Shown here piece after piece: positions 12,801 through 25,700 of a DNA stretch of 64,000 bases. Below the pieces are notes generated by a model. It was given only the letters and a program-made list of their open reading frames with translations. It was not told the DNA's origin and did no database searches. Position 1 is the first letter of the stretch. Each line of letters starts with the position of its first letter. Both the position numbers and the translations under genes were made by a program. Source of the stretch: Monocercomonoides exilis PA203 (lineage: Eukaryota > Protista > Preaxostyla); assembly GCA_001643675.2 (NCBI GenBank), contig LSRY02000049.1, positions 434,001 through 498,000 on the forward strand, written 5' to 3'.

Positions 12801-15800
12801 AGAAAGTGAAGGAATTGATTAGAGAAGAGAAGAGGAAGAAGAAAGAGCAAGAGAAGGCAGCGAGGCAGGCGCTGAGGCAGAAGATGATTGAAAGAGGGGA
12901 GATCGATCCAGATGAAGAGGAAGAGGAAGAAGAAGATGATGACGATGAAAAGAAAGAGAAAGAGAAAGAGAAAGATGAAGAAACTTCCAGCACTACATCT
13001 GAATCAACCGAAGGCAACCACAAAACCACAGAGCATTCACAGAAAGCAGCCAAAACAGGTTCTGATTCGTCCACTTCCTCTTTTCTTTCTTTGATAGACA
13101 CAGAATCCACGTCTTCATCGACATCTACGAGCGAAATCTTTGCAGACACGCCAGCAGATAAGGAAAGCACAACCACCACATCTGACCCTGCTGTGAGGCG
13201 GAGGAAAAAGATGGACAAAGAGAGAAGAAGGAGAAGGAGGATGAGGGAAAGGGCGATTGCAAAGGGGATGAATCCAGCAGAGCTTGGACTGGATGACGAG
13301 AGCGAGAGTGCGTGTGAGGCAGAAAGACACGAAGGAGCATCGGCAGAAGAAGAGGAATATGCTATTTCTGCACTGATGCTGTTTATTTCACTTATCAGTG
13401 GGTGGACGCCTGTGAAGAAGCCGAAGAACACGTCATTGTTCAGCTGCATGGAGGAAAATGTGATCAGATTCAACGGGATGATCAAAGAGTTGATTCCTTT
13501 CTTGGTGCCGGAGATGGAGAAGCCGTATGGAGAAGAGGAAGGAGAGAGGGAATCGATAGAGAAAGAGCATGAGATGTTAGAGGCAGAAGAGAAGAACAGC
13601 CTGGCGAGGAGGAGGCGGCTGACGAGGATGGAGGCAGAGAAGGCAAAGAAAGAGGAGGAGGAAAGAGAAGCACAGTCAGCGATGGAGAAGAAGCAGAGGA
13701 ATCGGATGAGGAGAATTGCGTATTTGAAGCAGAAGAAGGAAGAGAACGGGGAGGAAGTGGATGAGGCAGCGATTGAGGCAGAGGTGGATGCAGAGGAAGA
13801 AAGGAAGAAAGCAGCAATTGAAGGACAAAAAGGTAAAAGAAACGAGACCAGCTCATATGACAACCGGTTTATGACTCAGGAGGATGAAGATGAATACAAC
13901 AAGGAAGCGCTGTCGCGAATCGAGATGGAGTTTGAATTTGACTCGGAGGAGTCAGAAAGTGATGACAATCTGGTGCATACGACGAGGCTGGTGGGGAGTG
14001 TTGATCCAGACGGAGGGGACGGGATGCGGTTGGAGTCGAAGGACCAGTTTGGGTTTGATCAGGAGCTGCTGGATGAGGAAGAAGGAGGGAAGAGTGAGAA
14101 AGGGAAGGAAGAGGATGAGAAGAAGAAGAAAGAAGAGGGAGAGGAGGAGGAGGAAGGGAAGGAAAAAGAAAAGAAAAAGGAAGAGGAAGAGGAAAAAGAA
14201 GGAAAGGAAAAAGAGGAAGTTAAAGCTGTTGATGAAGAGAAAGAAAAGAGCGAAACGAATAAAATTACTGAAAAAGCTGAAAACAACGATGAAACATTTA
14301 AACACCAAAAGAACGAACAGAAGGAAGAAGAGAAAGAAGAAAGAGAAATGCAACCAAAAAACAAAAAGACAGACGATAAAATAAATACTGCACTCAATGA
14401 AATGGAAAGAGAAGCAAATGAATCGCAAGGAAAAGCAGACAATAAAGAAGGAACAGACACAGCCAATAAAGCATCAGTTGAAGCAACAACAGTAGAAACT
14501 TCTTCTTCTTCTTCTTCTTCTTCAAATAACCAACCACCCACCAACTCTTCCCCACCCGAAGATTTCTCTCTCTTCAAGCCCAGCTCCCCCTATCGTGCCT
14601 CTCTCTCTCAATATCTGAAGTACTTTGATCCAACACTACCTGAAAAATGCCCTGTGAACATCGACGTGGAGCGCACATACAACAACAGAGGGCTTGTCTT
14701 CTTGTTCCACAGACAAAGAGAACTAAATAGGCTGAAGATTGAAAGAGAGAGGAAGATGAAGGAAGAGAAAGAGAGGCAGCTGAAAGCAGCAAGGCTCGAG
14801 AAAAGGAGGAAGAAGTACGAAGAGCTGAGGAAGATTCAGATGAAAGAGGAGCCGAGCGAAGAGAACAAGGAAACACAGACACCGCCACTGCCTTTGTCTC
14901 CTGCCTCACAGAAGTCTGCTTCTTCATTGTCGACTACATCATCTATAACATCTGCTTCTTCTGCGACTTCTGCTTCATTTATGAATCATCGTTCAATTTC
15001 ATCATCAACTTCTTCTTCTTCTTCTTCTAATTCATCTAACGCTAACAGTTCTGCTGTGCTCACACCGAATCTCCAGCGTTCGAGTGTAATGAAACCCATT
15101 GCATCGCATCCAGTGCAGATGCGCTCTCCTTCACAAAGATACAACTCTCCTCTTTCTGTCTCCCATCCAATTGGTCAGGCTTCAGAACAACAACAGTCTC
15201 AACAGTTAAGCCAAACATCACAAACACCTCAATCACCTCAAACACCTCAGAAGCAGACACACACGACATCTGATGAAGGATCAATCAACAAGACACAACA
15301 ACAATCACAACAGTCACAAGCTCAACAACAACAACAGCAGCAGCAGCAGCAGTTCTTCTCTCCTCCCTCACGAACTCTGTCACAGCCACAGCTGGCGCGC
15401 ACACAGACACCCAAATCCCCCTCAATGCCATCTTCTGCCCAGTCTTCATCTGCCCTCACACCACGACACACTCCATTCAGCCCATCCACCTGCACCACAC
15501 CTGCCTCTCTGTGCTCACAGACATCTGAGTCCTCTCTTTTCACCCCTCACACAAACACCACACCTGGTTTAACTTTGTCACGTGCTGCTAACTCGGTCAA
15601 TTCTGTCAATTCAGAAAATGTCCTGTCAAATGATGTAATTAACTCTGATGATGATGATGATGATGATGCTAATGCTCCCCCACATACACCATCTCCTCCT
15701 CTGACTGTAGATTCGCCTCCTTTAAGGCCCACTCCGTATTCGCTGACGTATTACCATGAGGCGTGGGAGCACTATATTGACTGGAAGGACACGTTCAAAG

Positions 15801-18800
15801 GGAAGCAGAAGAGGAATGACGATGTTTATGAGCTGAATGGTAGGCTGGTGAGGATGACGACGACACTTCCACTGGAGCAGAGGAGGGCGCTTGCGACGCT
15901 GACGCCGAAGGAGGCAGCGGAGTACTTGGCAGTGCAGCAGAAGATGCAGGAGGAGAATAGAGAGAAGAAGGCGAAGGAGGAGAAGGAGAAAGAAGAGAAA
16001 GAGAAGGAAGAGAAGGAGAAGGAGGAGAAGGAAAAAGAGGAGAAGGAGAAAGAAGAGGATAAACAGAAGGAGGAAAACAAGGAGAGTAAAGATGGAAGTG
16101 ATAGTAAAGAAAACAAAGAAGATAAAGAAGACAAAGACAAAGATAGTGACAAGCAACTTGAGGAAGAGAAAGAATCTGAAAGTGACATCCGGCAGCGCTG
16201 GCTGGAAGAGTACCGCAAGCAGCAGGATGAGCTGGAGAGGCAGCAGGAGATGGAAGAGGCAGCAGCTGATGCAGCAGCAGAAATACGCAAAATCGAAGAA
16301 GAAAAAGCACTGCACAATGAAGAATTAGACAGATATCCATATGGCCCGACACCTAAGCGGTTTAGAGAGGCAGCGTATCACAAGCTGATCATCTATGGCA
16401 TCAATCAGCAGGAGATAGACGCGCTTTCTGATCCAATCAAAGCACAGCTGACGTTTGCGCCTTCGCTTCCACCGCTTGTTGATGTGAAGAAGTATAATGA
16501 GATGGCGAATAAGAACAAAACAGATGGAAACAAACAGCAGCAACACCAGCAACATGGCATGAATCAAGCTCGTTCTCATTCTCATCATCAGAGTCAGAGC
16601 CAGAACCAGTCTCAGAATCAAACAAAGTCTCAAACTGATACAAAGACTCAACCTCAACCTCAATCTCAATCTCAGCTCCAGCCCCAACCTAAACCCAAAC
16701 ATCAGCACAAACACGAACATAAGCACAAACATCAGAAAAAGGAAAACAAAGAGAATTCTCCACATCACACTGGAAATACCACAGATGCTGCTGATCAGCA
16801 GGAGAAGAATGCTCCACTTCAGCTGGGCCCATTGGCTAAGCCAAAAGAAGAGGCAGTTAAATCAGCTGCTGCTGCTGCTGGTGCTAATACACAAAAGGGA
16901 GATCAAAGAAATGGAATCCAAAAGGAGCAAAAAAAAGAGCAAACACAAAATAAAAGTGAAGATGAAGGAGAAGATGAAGATAAGAAAACGAAGACTCCGA
17001 AGCTGAAAAGAAGGAGAAGGCGCAAAATAAATGCGTTTTTGATATCGAAGTCTGGGGAGCTGTACAAAGGGAACCCAAAATACATCAACTTCCAGCTGGC
17101 AACACCTGAGGCGATTAAGATGATGCAGGAGCAGAAGAAGCAGAAGGAGGAAAAGGAGAAAGAGAAAGAGAAAGAGAAAGAGAAAGAGAAAGAGAAAGAG
17201 AAAGAGAAAGAAGGGAATGTCAGTACAGATGATAATTCTTCATTGCAAGTTGCAAAACCAAAAGTGAATGAAATCAAAGATAGTACTGTTATTAATCCTT
17301 CTGCTTCTAATAATGATAATGATAACGATAATGATAAATCAGTCAAATCATCGACTTCTCAAATATCTCCGTTTTGTGGAATATCATCAGCATCCTCTAA
17401 GCATTGGAAGCCTTCATCGTCTAAAGGCGCTTCTCCTCTTTCTCCAATCTCCAGCTTCTTCTCTCGCTTTCTGTCAAACAAGAACAAAGACAACAAAAAT
17501 GAAGGCAACAGCAGCAAAAGCAGCAGCAGCCATAGCAATATCACTGATTCAGCTAATGCATCTTCTCATTCGCCTTCTTCGACTTCTTCTTCTTCTTCTT
17601 CCGCAAACCAAACACAAAACAGCAATCTTTCTTCTTCTCTTTCTTCATCTTCCATCGATTCCTCAATCCCACAAGTGCTCTCACAAGAGCCTTCAGACTC
17701 CACAAATAACCAACTCATTTCCTCCTCCTCTTCTTCTTCTTCTTCTAATACCAAGCCCAACAATATCACATTCACTCCATCGTATATTCCCCTCTTCGCT
17801 TTGGAGACGTTGGAGAGCAAAGAAAAACAACCAGCTTCTCCTTTCACCACTTTCTATTCTGCTGGTGGAATACCAACAGCTTCTTCATTTGATTCTACTT
17901 CGGATATTTCAACTGAAAATGTTAATAATTCTTCTTCTTCCTCCCTCTCTTCTTCTTCTTCTGAAAATCCTTCTTCATTATCATCATCTTCTTCTTCTTC
18001 TTCTTCACTGTCAATAAATGCCTCTGACTCATCTGCTTTCACTTCCATCTCTTCCTCCTCTTCTTCCCCTGTTCCTCACAGACACTCTCTAAAGACACCA
18101 GATCGTCTTACTCTTTCGCCTTCTCCTTCTTCTTCTGCCTTTTCTCTTTCTCCTTCCTCATCTTCTTCCTCTTCCTCCTCCTCTTCTTCTTCTTCTTCTG
18201 ATGTTCCTCCTCTTCCTCTGGATCTTCTGCCTTCTTCCTTCGCAAACAAGTCGGCTGAAGAGATCGACTTCTTCCAGCAGAGAACAGTTCCATTCACAAA
18301 GGATAAGCCCTATGGAACAGACATCGATTTACTAACTTCTGTCTCTGATAGCGACAGTTCTTCTTCTTCTTCTTCTTCACTTTCTTCTTCTTCATCATCA
18401 TCGGATTCTTGTTCTTCTTGTTCAGAATCTTCTGATGAAGATGAGCATAAGGTAAATGAAGCTAAAAGCACAGGAAATGCTATGAATGCAAAGACACAGA
18501 TCAAATCACCGCAAAATACACAAAATGTTCATCAAAATAATCAAACAGCTTCTTCAAGTGCTGCTTCAAGCAATCAGAAACAAGCAAATACTTCTGCACC
18601 TTCCGTCTTTTCTGAGGTTTCTTCTTCTTCTTCTTCTACTTCCTCTTCCTCTTCTCTTTCTCCTTCTTCAAACAAAATATCACATTCATCTCAATCTACT
18701 CCACCGCCTGCATATTCAACTGTATTAAGCACCAGCACAAATAAGGTTTCTTCTTCTTCTTCTTCTTCTTCTTCTTCTGAAAAGACTTCACTAAAATCTT

Positions 18801-20986
18801 CACTGTTTCCTCCATATGCGCGAGAGAACACAAATAAACAACCAGAAATTCAATCAAAAGAACCAATGATAACTCAAAATATCCCAATTTCTATTGGCTC
18901 AGTACATAATATTTTATCATCATCATCTTCTTCTTCTCCCTCTTCTTCTTCTTCTTCTTCTCCCTCTTCTTATTCTTCTTCCTCCTTCTCTTCTTCTTCC
19001 TCTTCCTCTTCCTCTTCCTCTTCCTCTTCCTCTTCTTTCTCTTCTCAATCCGACTACGAGAAATCCAAGCTTGTCCAGCAGTACATTGAAGAGAACCGTC
19101 CTCTCTCAATCAAGTCCCAGCCATTCGGCCACATGTATCTGTACCATCCAGATGAGATGGACATAACAGTTGGCAGTTACACGCCCACCCTCATTGCAAC
19201 GATGGAGCCTTGTGGCTCATCCAGATTCGGGTTGAGGGACTATGTGACACTTATTGATCTCTATTGGACGAAGACGAAGAAGAAGAGGAGAGAGAGGAAG
19301 AAGAAGAATAAGAACGTTAATGAAAATGAGAAGGAGAATGAGGGTGAAAACAAGGATGATGTGAAGGAATATCACAGAAGCAATGCAGTGGCTGCAGACG
19401 ATGATGTTGTCTGGCCACTCAAAAGGAAGAAGCCGAAGAAGGAGATTCGGACTGTTTTTGACTTCGACCTGTCTCCTCTGTCGCCTGTGGTTGAGCTCCC
19501 CATTCGCATCCCATCATCCACTTGGAGACCAACCATTGTGCCTTCATCTTCAACTTCATCCTCTTCATCTTCTCCTTCTTCTCCTTCTTCCTTCTCTTCT
19601 GCTGTATTCCCATCTGCCTCTTCCTCCTCCTCCCCTTCTTCCACTTCTTCTTCTTCCCCCACCTCCAATAATTGTAACTCCCGCCCATCTTCCCAGTCGT
19701 TCCCTCTCCCTCCCATCGGAACCACCCGCAAATGCATCTCCCTCTCCCACTCCATCCACCAGTCTCAGCCATCCACATTCGATGACCTCTCCGAATGGTA
19801 CGTCGCCCGCCGGCACCGCCTGAAGACAGAGCAGTCTGCCCAGTCCTTCATCCACGCTGCTCGCCTCCTCGCCCTGCAGCCCTGGCGAGATTACGTGGTC
19901 TCCATTGCAATGACCCCATTTTATTATCAGGTGATTATGGCCTACCGCCACTTCGGCAACGTCAGCATTGTCTACAACACGCAGCGGCCGTTCAGCGATG
20001 AGACGTGCTTTGCCAACTTCTCCTGGATTCTCAACCAGCCGCCTTCTTTCTTCGGGTATATTCCGCGCTGTGAGGTGGCTGGCTTGAGATTTACGTTTGT
20101 GGACATTGTTGGATACGGCAAGGAGAGCTACTGTCTCGTTGGAGAGGTGCAGAAGAAAGATCAGCAGAAGAAAGACGGAGAGCAGAAGACTGAAGCACAA
20201 GCAAGATTGGATGAAATGACGAAAGAGAAGGACAAAGAAAGGAACAGCGATGATAAAAGCAGCAGCAGTAGCAGCGGGACTGAAATAGCAGAGCGTCGCA
20301 TCCCTTGCTCCTTCAAAGTGTACATGGACGAGAAGACAGAGGAGCTGATGAATGAGATCCAGGTGCTGCAGACGATGATGGATGCGGGTGTGCCCCATGC
20401 CAATTCGTTTGTCTGCTGGGAAGAGCTGAACCGGATTCTTGTGTGTGCGCCTGTGGGCAAGTCGTGGCCATGGACTTCTATGCACATGGGGAAGCACATG
20501 TATGACATGATCTCGATGCTCGAAGTGATGCACTCACAGAACAGAGTGCACCGCAATGTGCGGCCAGACCATCTGGTGCTGCTGGAGGAAGGGACGGCGA
20601 AGGAGGAGGTGTTCATGATTGACTTCGGAAGATCGGTGCCAGCAAATGAGCCAGCTATTTCGGGGGGAACCATTCATTACTTGTCCACCCGCATGCAGCA
20701 GATCTCGGCAGCGCTTGACCAGCTGCTGCTGCCGTATTCCCCCGCGGACGATTTGGAAGAGCTAGTGAAGATATTCTGGGTGACGATGGTTCCTGGTGCC
20801 AACACCCAGTTCTTCCGGTTGATGGTTCCAGAGTGGCAAGGAAAGTTTCTGAACTTCATACGTTTCTATGACGAGCTGGACAACCATCCTCTGTGGTCGA
20901 AGATGGTCAGCCTGGCGAGGGCGTGTGACTACAAGGGAATGAAGGCGATGCTCCTGGATGACAACGAGTGCCTGATGCAGTGGTGA
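9867..20986 (+). CDS. Giant (~3,600 aa) low-complexity protein with a C-terminal Crinkler/FunK1-like kinase-fold domain (probable pseudokinase)
   Basis: Small 5' exons start at ATG 9867, then one ~10.3-kb exon (ORF 10634..20986). The C-terminal ~300 aa show IVGYGKES, FKVY, NEIQVL, HRNVRPDH, IDFG, GGTIHYLS, ADDLEEL and LARACDY. The rest is poly-Ser, EK, Q and N tracts. Confidence 0.85.
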
Positions 20987-21508
20987 GGGATATGCCAATG
21001 TGTTGACGTGCTGATGTGGTGATATGCTGATGTGGTTGTGTATTGCGTGTTTGTGGGGTGGTTGAATGCAAATGAAGTTACATTATTATATAGTTTGAAG
21101 GAATAGAAACGGATATAAATATTAATAGAGAAAGAGAGAGATATATAAAGTGTGATGAGAAACATGCGTTTGTAGTTATCTTATAAAAAATAGATAAAAA
21201 AAAAATTATATTTGTATTTGAGAATTTTTTATTTAATATTCCTATTTTTGTAATTGATATTTTTATTGTTATCCACGTGACCCATTTGATTTGTGCGTTT
21301 CTTTTTATCTAACTTGTTACATATATTTTTTGATATATTTAAGAATATTTACATTTGTGCGCACTCATCTTTTTTTGTGTTTATATATTTTCTTTTTGCG
21401 TTTTATGTATAACTTATAAAACTTTTCCACATTTTTATTTCTTTTTTTTTTTCATTTCTCTCTTCTCTGATGTTTTCTATAGAAATCTGATTTATAGCTT
21501 GTTAATAA

Positions 21509-22355
21509 TTATGTCAGTGATATGGCCTGCTTTTTTTTAAGAATTTCTTTACATCGTAAAAATCTTTCTGGCGTTGAAAAACCTTGGCGGAAATCAAGTG
21601 AATTTGAAGAGAGATGAGATGCTGTGTGTTTTTGTAAAGGGAAACAAATTGATGATGAAGAGATTTCATCAGAAGGAAGCATTTGAGGGGGTATTGGGAA
21701 ATCACTAATCATTTTGCTTGAATCATTCATTGCATGACCGTGAGGAGGAGTTTGAATAGGAGTTGATAAAGAAGGATCTGATTGTGTGACGTCAGATTGC
21801 AACTGCTCTTTAAGTTCGATGATCTCTTTTGTTGTTGTTGATATTAACTTGTTAAGCTCTTCTAGTTCTTGCTCAAGACTCTTGATTTCATCTGATTTCT
21901 AGAAAAAATGAATTTTAGATATCAATGTTACATTTTAATAAACAAATAAAATGATCTTGAAGTGAAAAAAGACAAAATGAAATGCATACCATTTGAAGTT
22001 GTGTAACAAGAAATGGATTAGCTTTTGGAGCTTTTTGTTCGTCATCAGATGTCTGCAAATACAAGTGAAAAATTTCTGATTGCTTGAAAGGCTTGTTGCA
22101 TTTCGGACACAGCTTTATTTTCTTTTTGTTTGAAAGAAAATACGTTTTATTTCAGACGCATAAACTTTATATTTGTAATATTTTTCAAACCATTTTCATT
22201 AAGCAACTTTCTCCGAACAAATGGCCGCATTTTATTGAAGCAATTTTGTGTTCCGAACAGTTAAAAGGAAAGCCACAAATTTCGCAAGAAAACTAAAGAA
22301 TATAATTATTAAAATACAGCAGACATATTATCAATCATACATATGAAGCGCTCAT
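21509..22355 (-). CDS. RFWD3-type RING finger + coiled-coil protein (no WD40 domain seen)
   Basis: Spliced MSASY|FSCEICGFPFNCSEHKIASIKCGHLFGESCLMKM|KIKLCPKCNKPFKQSEIFHLY carries the CGHLFGxxC signature of RFWD3-type RINGs. It is followed by the coiled coil KSDEIKSLEQELEELNKLI and the 21509..21802 ORF. The ORF track misses the RING because of introns. Confidence 0.75.
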
Positions 22356-22794
22356 CCAAAAATCATGATGAAAATCAAAACAGAAAATAATCTTCAATAA
22401 ATAAAAAAAAATATGGTGCTTAAGTTTTTCACATCCAGATTTGATAATTTTTCATTTTACAAAAAATTTGAAAAAAATCAACTAGTCATCTAGGTTTTCT
22501 CGACATAAATGTTTTTTTTTTAATTATGTCCAATTTTTTGTTTTCACAGATTCATAATTTTTCACAAGGTTCGAATAACTTAAAAAGTTGTGAACAAACA
22601 ATGTCGAAAAAATGTTATTTTTCCTGTTATGTTCTTTTTTCATGTTCATGAAAATTTCTAGCTCATGACTGATTCAAAATTGAAAGTCTTTGTTAAATAT
22701 GAAAGTGATCGATTTCCATTAAATAACATTTAGATAGTTTGTCTAAAACTGTTTTCAAAAGACTCAGCCAAGAATCAGGTGACTATTTTTGTCG

Positions 22795-25700
22795 ATGAAG
22801 CCTGTTTTTTCGGTGATGTTTTCCTTTGCAAAGGTGTGATAGCATAAATTCTGATCCAAAAAAATATGATGATTGAACTAATATATTTATTTTGTTTTTA
22901 CTGCTTGTATATATCGATATTTGCATTGTATCAACGCTATAAATATTTATGAATATTTGTAATAGGGGAAAACATCAATTCAACTATTTTCCTTTGGCTG
23001 TGTCATTGCTTTTTTGTTGTTTTTTGTTCTACTGCTTCTCTATTCCATACCCTTTCCATCTCCAACGCCATGGAAGATTAGTGAGATTGCTGGATATTTT
23101 AGTGGAGTTTCATTAATGTCCATGAAGCCTCTTTACATGTACATTGGAATTGGAGCGGCTTTTCTTCTAAGTGTTATGTGCTTTGGATTTGGAGGCTATA
23201 TTTTATTTTACACAAGAGCAGGAAGCAAAATAAATCATAGCATGCATGTGTCTCTTGTCTCTACAGTTCAAATTTTATGTTTTGGACTGTATATACCGAT
23301 TGTCCAAGGTTTTATTTTTCCACTTTTATGTAATTGGTCAAGTCCGGGAAGTCCTCACTTGATGTTCGATGATTATTCTTGTTCATCAACCACGAATATT
23401 ATTTTCATTGTATTTGGATGCATCATGCTCGTGTCGATTGTGCTGTTTACGACTTTTTTCGTAACTTTTCTAACTGAAACATCATTTCATCCTCGATCTA
23501 TTTTTGCCCAGAGATATCCATATTTTCGCATTTTTTTCATGATTGTGTTTACTGCTTCAATTATTTTGCTTGAATATGGATCCACAATTTCACATCAAGC
23601 CAATCAGATAGTTGTTGATCTTATCGGATATAGTGGAAAAGGAAATGTTAATGGAGCAGAAGCTCTATCTGATGAAGCACTCAACATTTCTCCCGCTCAT
23701 TATCCACCCAGAGCGCCTCTTCTCGTCCCTCTTATCATTTGCTTATGCCTTTGTGCTTTGCTAACATTGGCAGTGGTTGTCTACACTCCGTTTTATTCAT
23801 ATTTTTCAAATGCTTTTTCTGGATCTTTGCTGCTAATTGTTTGTTTTCTCTTGCTTGGTTCCATTATCGGGCTAAGCGATGTGTTCTGGACAGGAATAAA
23901 TCGCAAATGCGGATGGAATCTAAGCGACTCATCAGCAGAAAAAGTCAGAGAAAGCATTCACAGTGCTTCTTCTGTTTATGCTTCGCGTTCTTCTGTGTTT
24001 GATTTGAGCCATGAAAGCTCGTCAAGCTATGAAGCAAGCGTGCAACTGAAAGAAGTGAATTCTTTTTCTGAAGCAACTCTGATGCAAACAATAAATGCAA
24101 CGATTTCTGAAGAATCGCCTGGGCAATCTTCACTTCAGCCTGACTCATTTCAAGGCATTTCTTCTTCCCCATTCACATCGAATAATTCTTCCAATGACAA
24201 CCTCACTTCACTTCTGCATTTATCTGATTCTTCTCAACTATCACACACTTCACAGAATTCTTCCGTCATTTCACAAGTAAAAATAAAATCATTGATCAGC
24301 TCACCTTCTCAAATCACTTCAACAGCTTCTTCATCTTCCTTTTCTCCTTCTCTGAAGAAATCCAGTTCAAATTCCCATCGCTTATCCACACCACCATACA
24401 CCGAGCCTGTTTCCACCTCCCACATCCTCTTCTGGCTGCTGCTTGTACTCATCACAGCAGCTGCTGTCTTCGTCTTCTGCCGCATCGTCAGAGCAGTCAC
24501 ACGCAAGCAATGGGCAGTTCAGCTGATCACAAAATCAGCTGATCATTCAAATGAGCTGAATGACTCGAAGGAACACATGCCAACATCTCCAAAGAACATT
24601 CTTCAGCAGACTGCTTCGACCGCTTCTGTCATTCATCCATCAGCCAGTCACACACTCCTCGGCATCAAAAGCCCTCAAAGTGCTTCTCTTGCTTCGCTCG
24701 ACGCCTTCGAAGAAGGAGAAGACAGCGAAAGCGAGGTGTCCTCGTGGGAAGAGCCGATTCTGCCGCAGCTGCCAGAGAAGATGATCAGATGGCTGCTGGC
24801 AAACAGTCCTTTGTTTGATCCCTTGCTGATTGCAGCACCTGAACAATACAACTGTGGGGGAGATGAGGCAGCTCATTCAACTGTCTCTTTGAGCAACTCC
24901 ACAAAGGCTTTGCCCACTCAACTCTCAACATCGTCACTTCAGCTCTCTTCAGATACACAGCCTGACTTATCATCATCACCTCCTCCTCCTCCTCCTCCTC
25001 CTCCTTCTCAGAACATGCTTCCACCTTCTGCTTCATCAACAGTTCCGCTTTTGAGCTCTTCTGCTTCTTCTGCTGCTGGCAGTGATTCATCTTCCAGCAC
25101 TTCTCCACCAGCCAGGCGCAAGTTCTTCCCTCAGCTGTCGACTGTCTTCTCTGCCTCTGTCCTGCCTACTTCGAGATCATCTGCTGCCATCTCAACTGCT
25201 TCAACACCTTCATTGACACCTTCATTGACACCTTCATTGGCATCTGGCGATTCACAAGCAGTCTCTTTGAAGCAGCTTCCTCGCTATTCGCCTCTTCCTG
25301 CACTCAATCCGCTCAACCCACTCTGCCAGCCATTTGCTCTTTTTGACACCTCGATCATCAAGCACCCAGAGAACATTCTGTCTGCACTTTCCTTTCTCGA
25401 CCGCTCTCACCGCCTGCGTCGCTCAGAGAGAGTTCTGTCATTTTGTGACTCTGTACTGAGATATGCTGCACTGGCAAAGCACAGAAACGACCCAACTCTT
25501 CACTTGTCGCTGGCTCTGTTTGAGGCATCCTATGGCGATGTGCTCAGAAATGCGAGGCGCAAACAGGAGAGAAAGAGGAAGCAGGACGAGCTGGCGAGGG
25601 AGAAGAAGGAGAAGAGGCGGTTGGAAGAGGAGAGGAGAGAGAAGAAGGCGCAGGAGAAGGCAAAGAAGAGAAATGCAAGGTTTCAGAAGCTGAGAATAGC

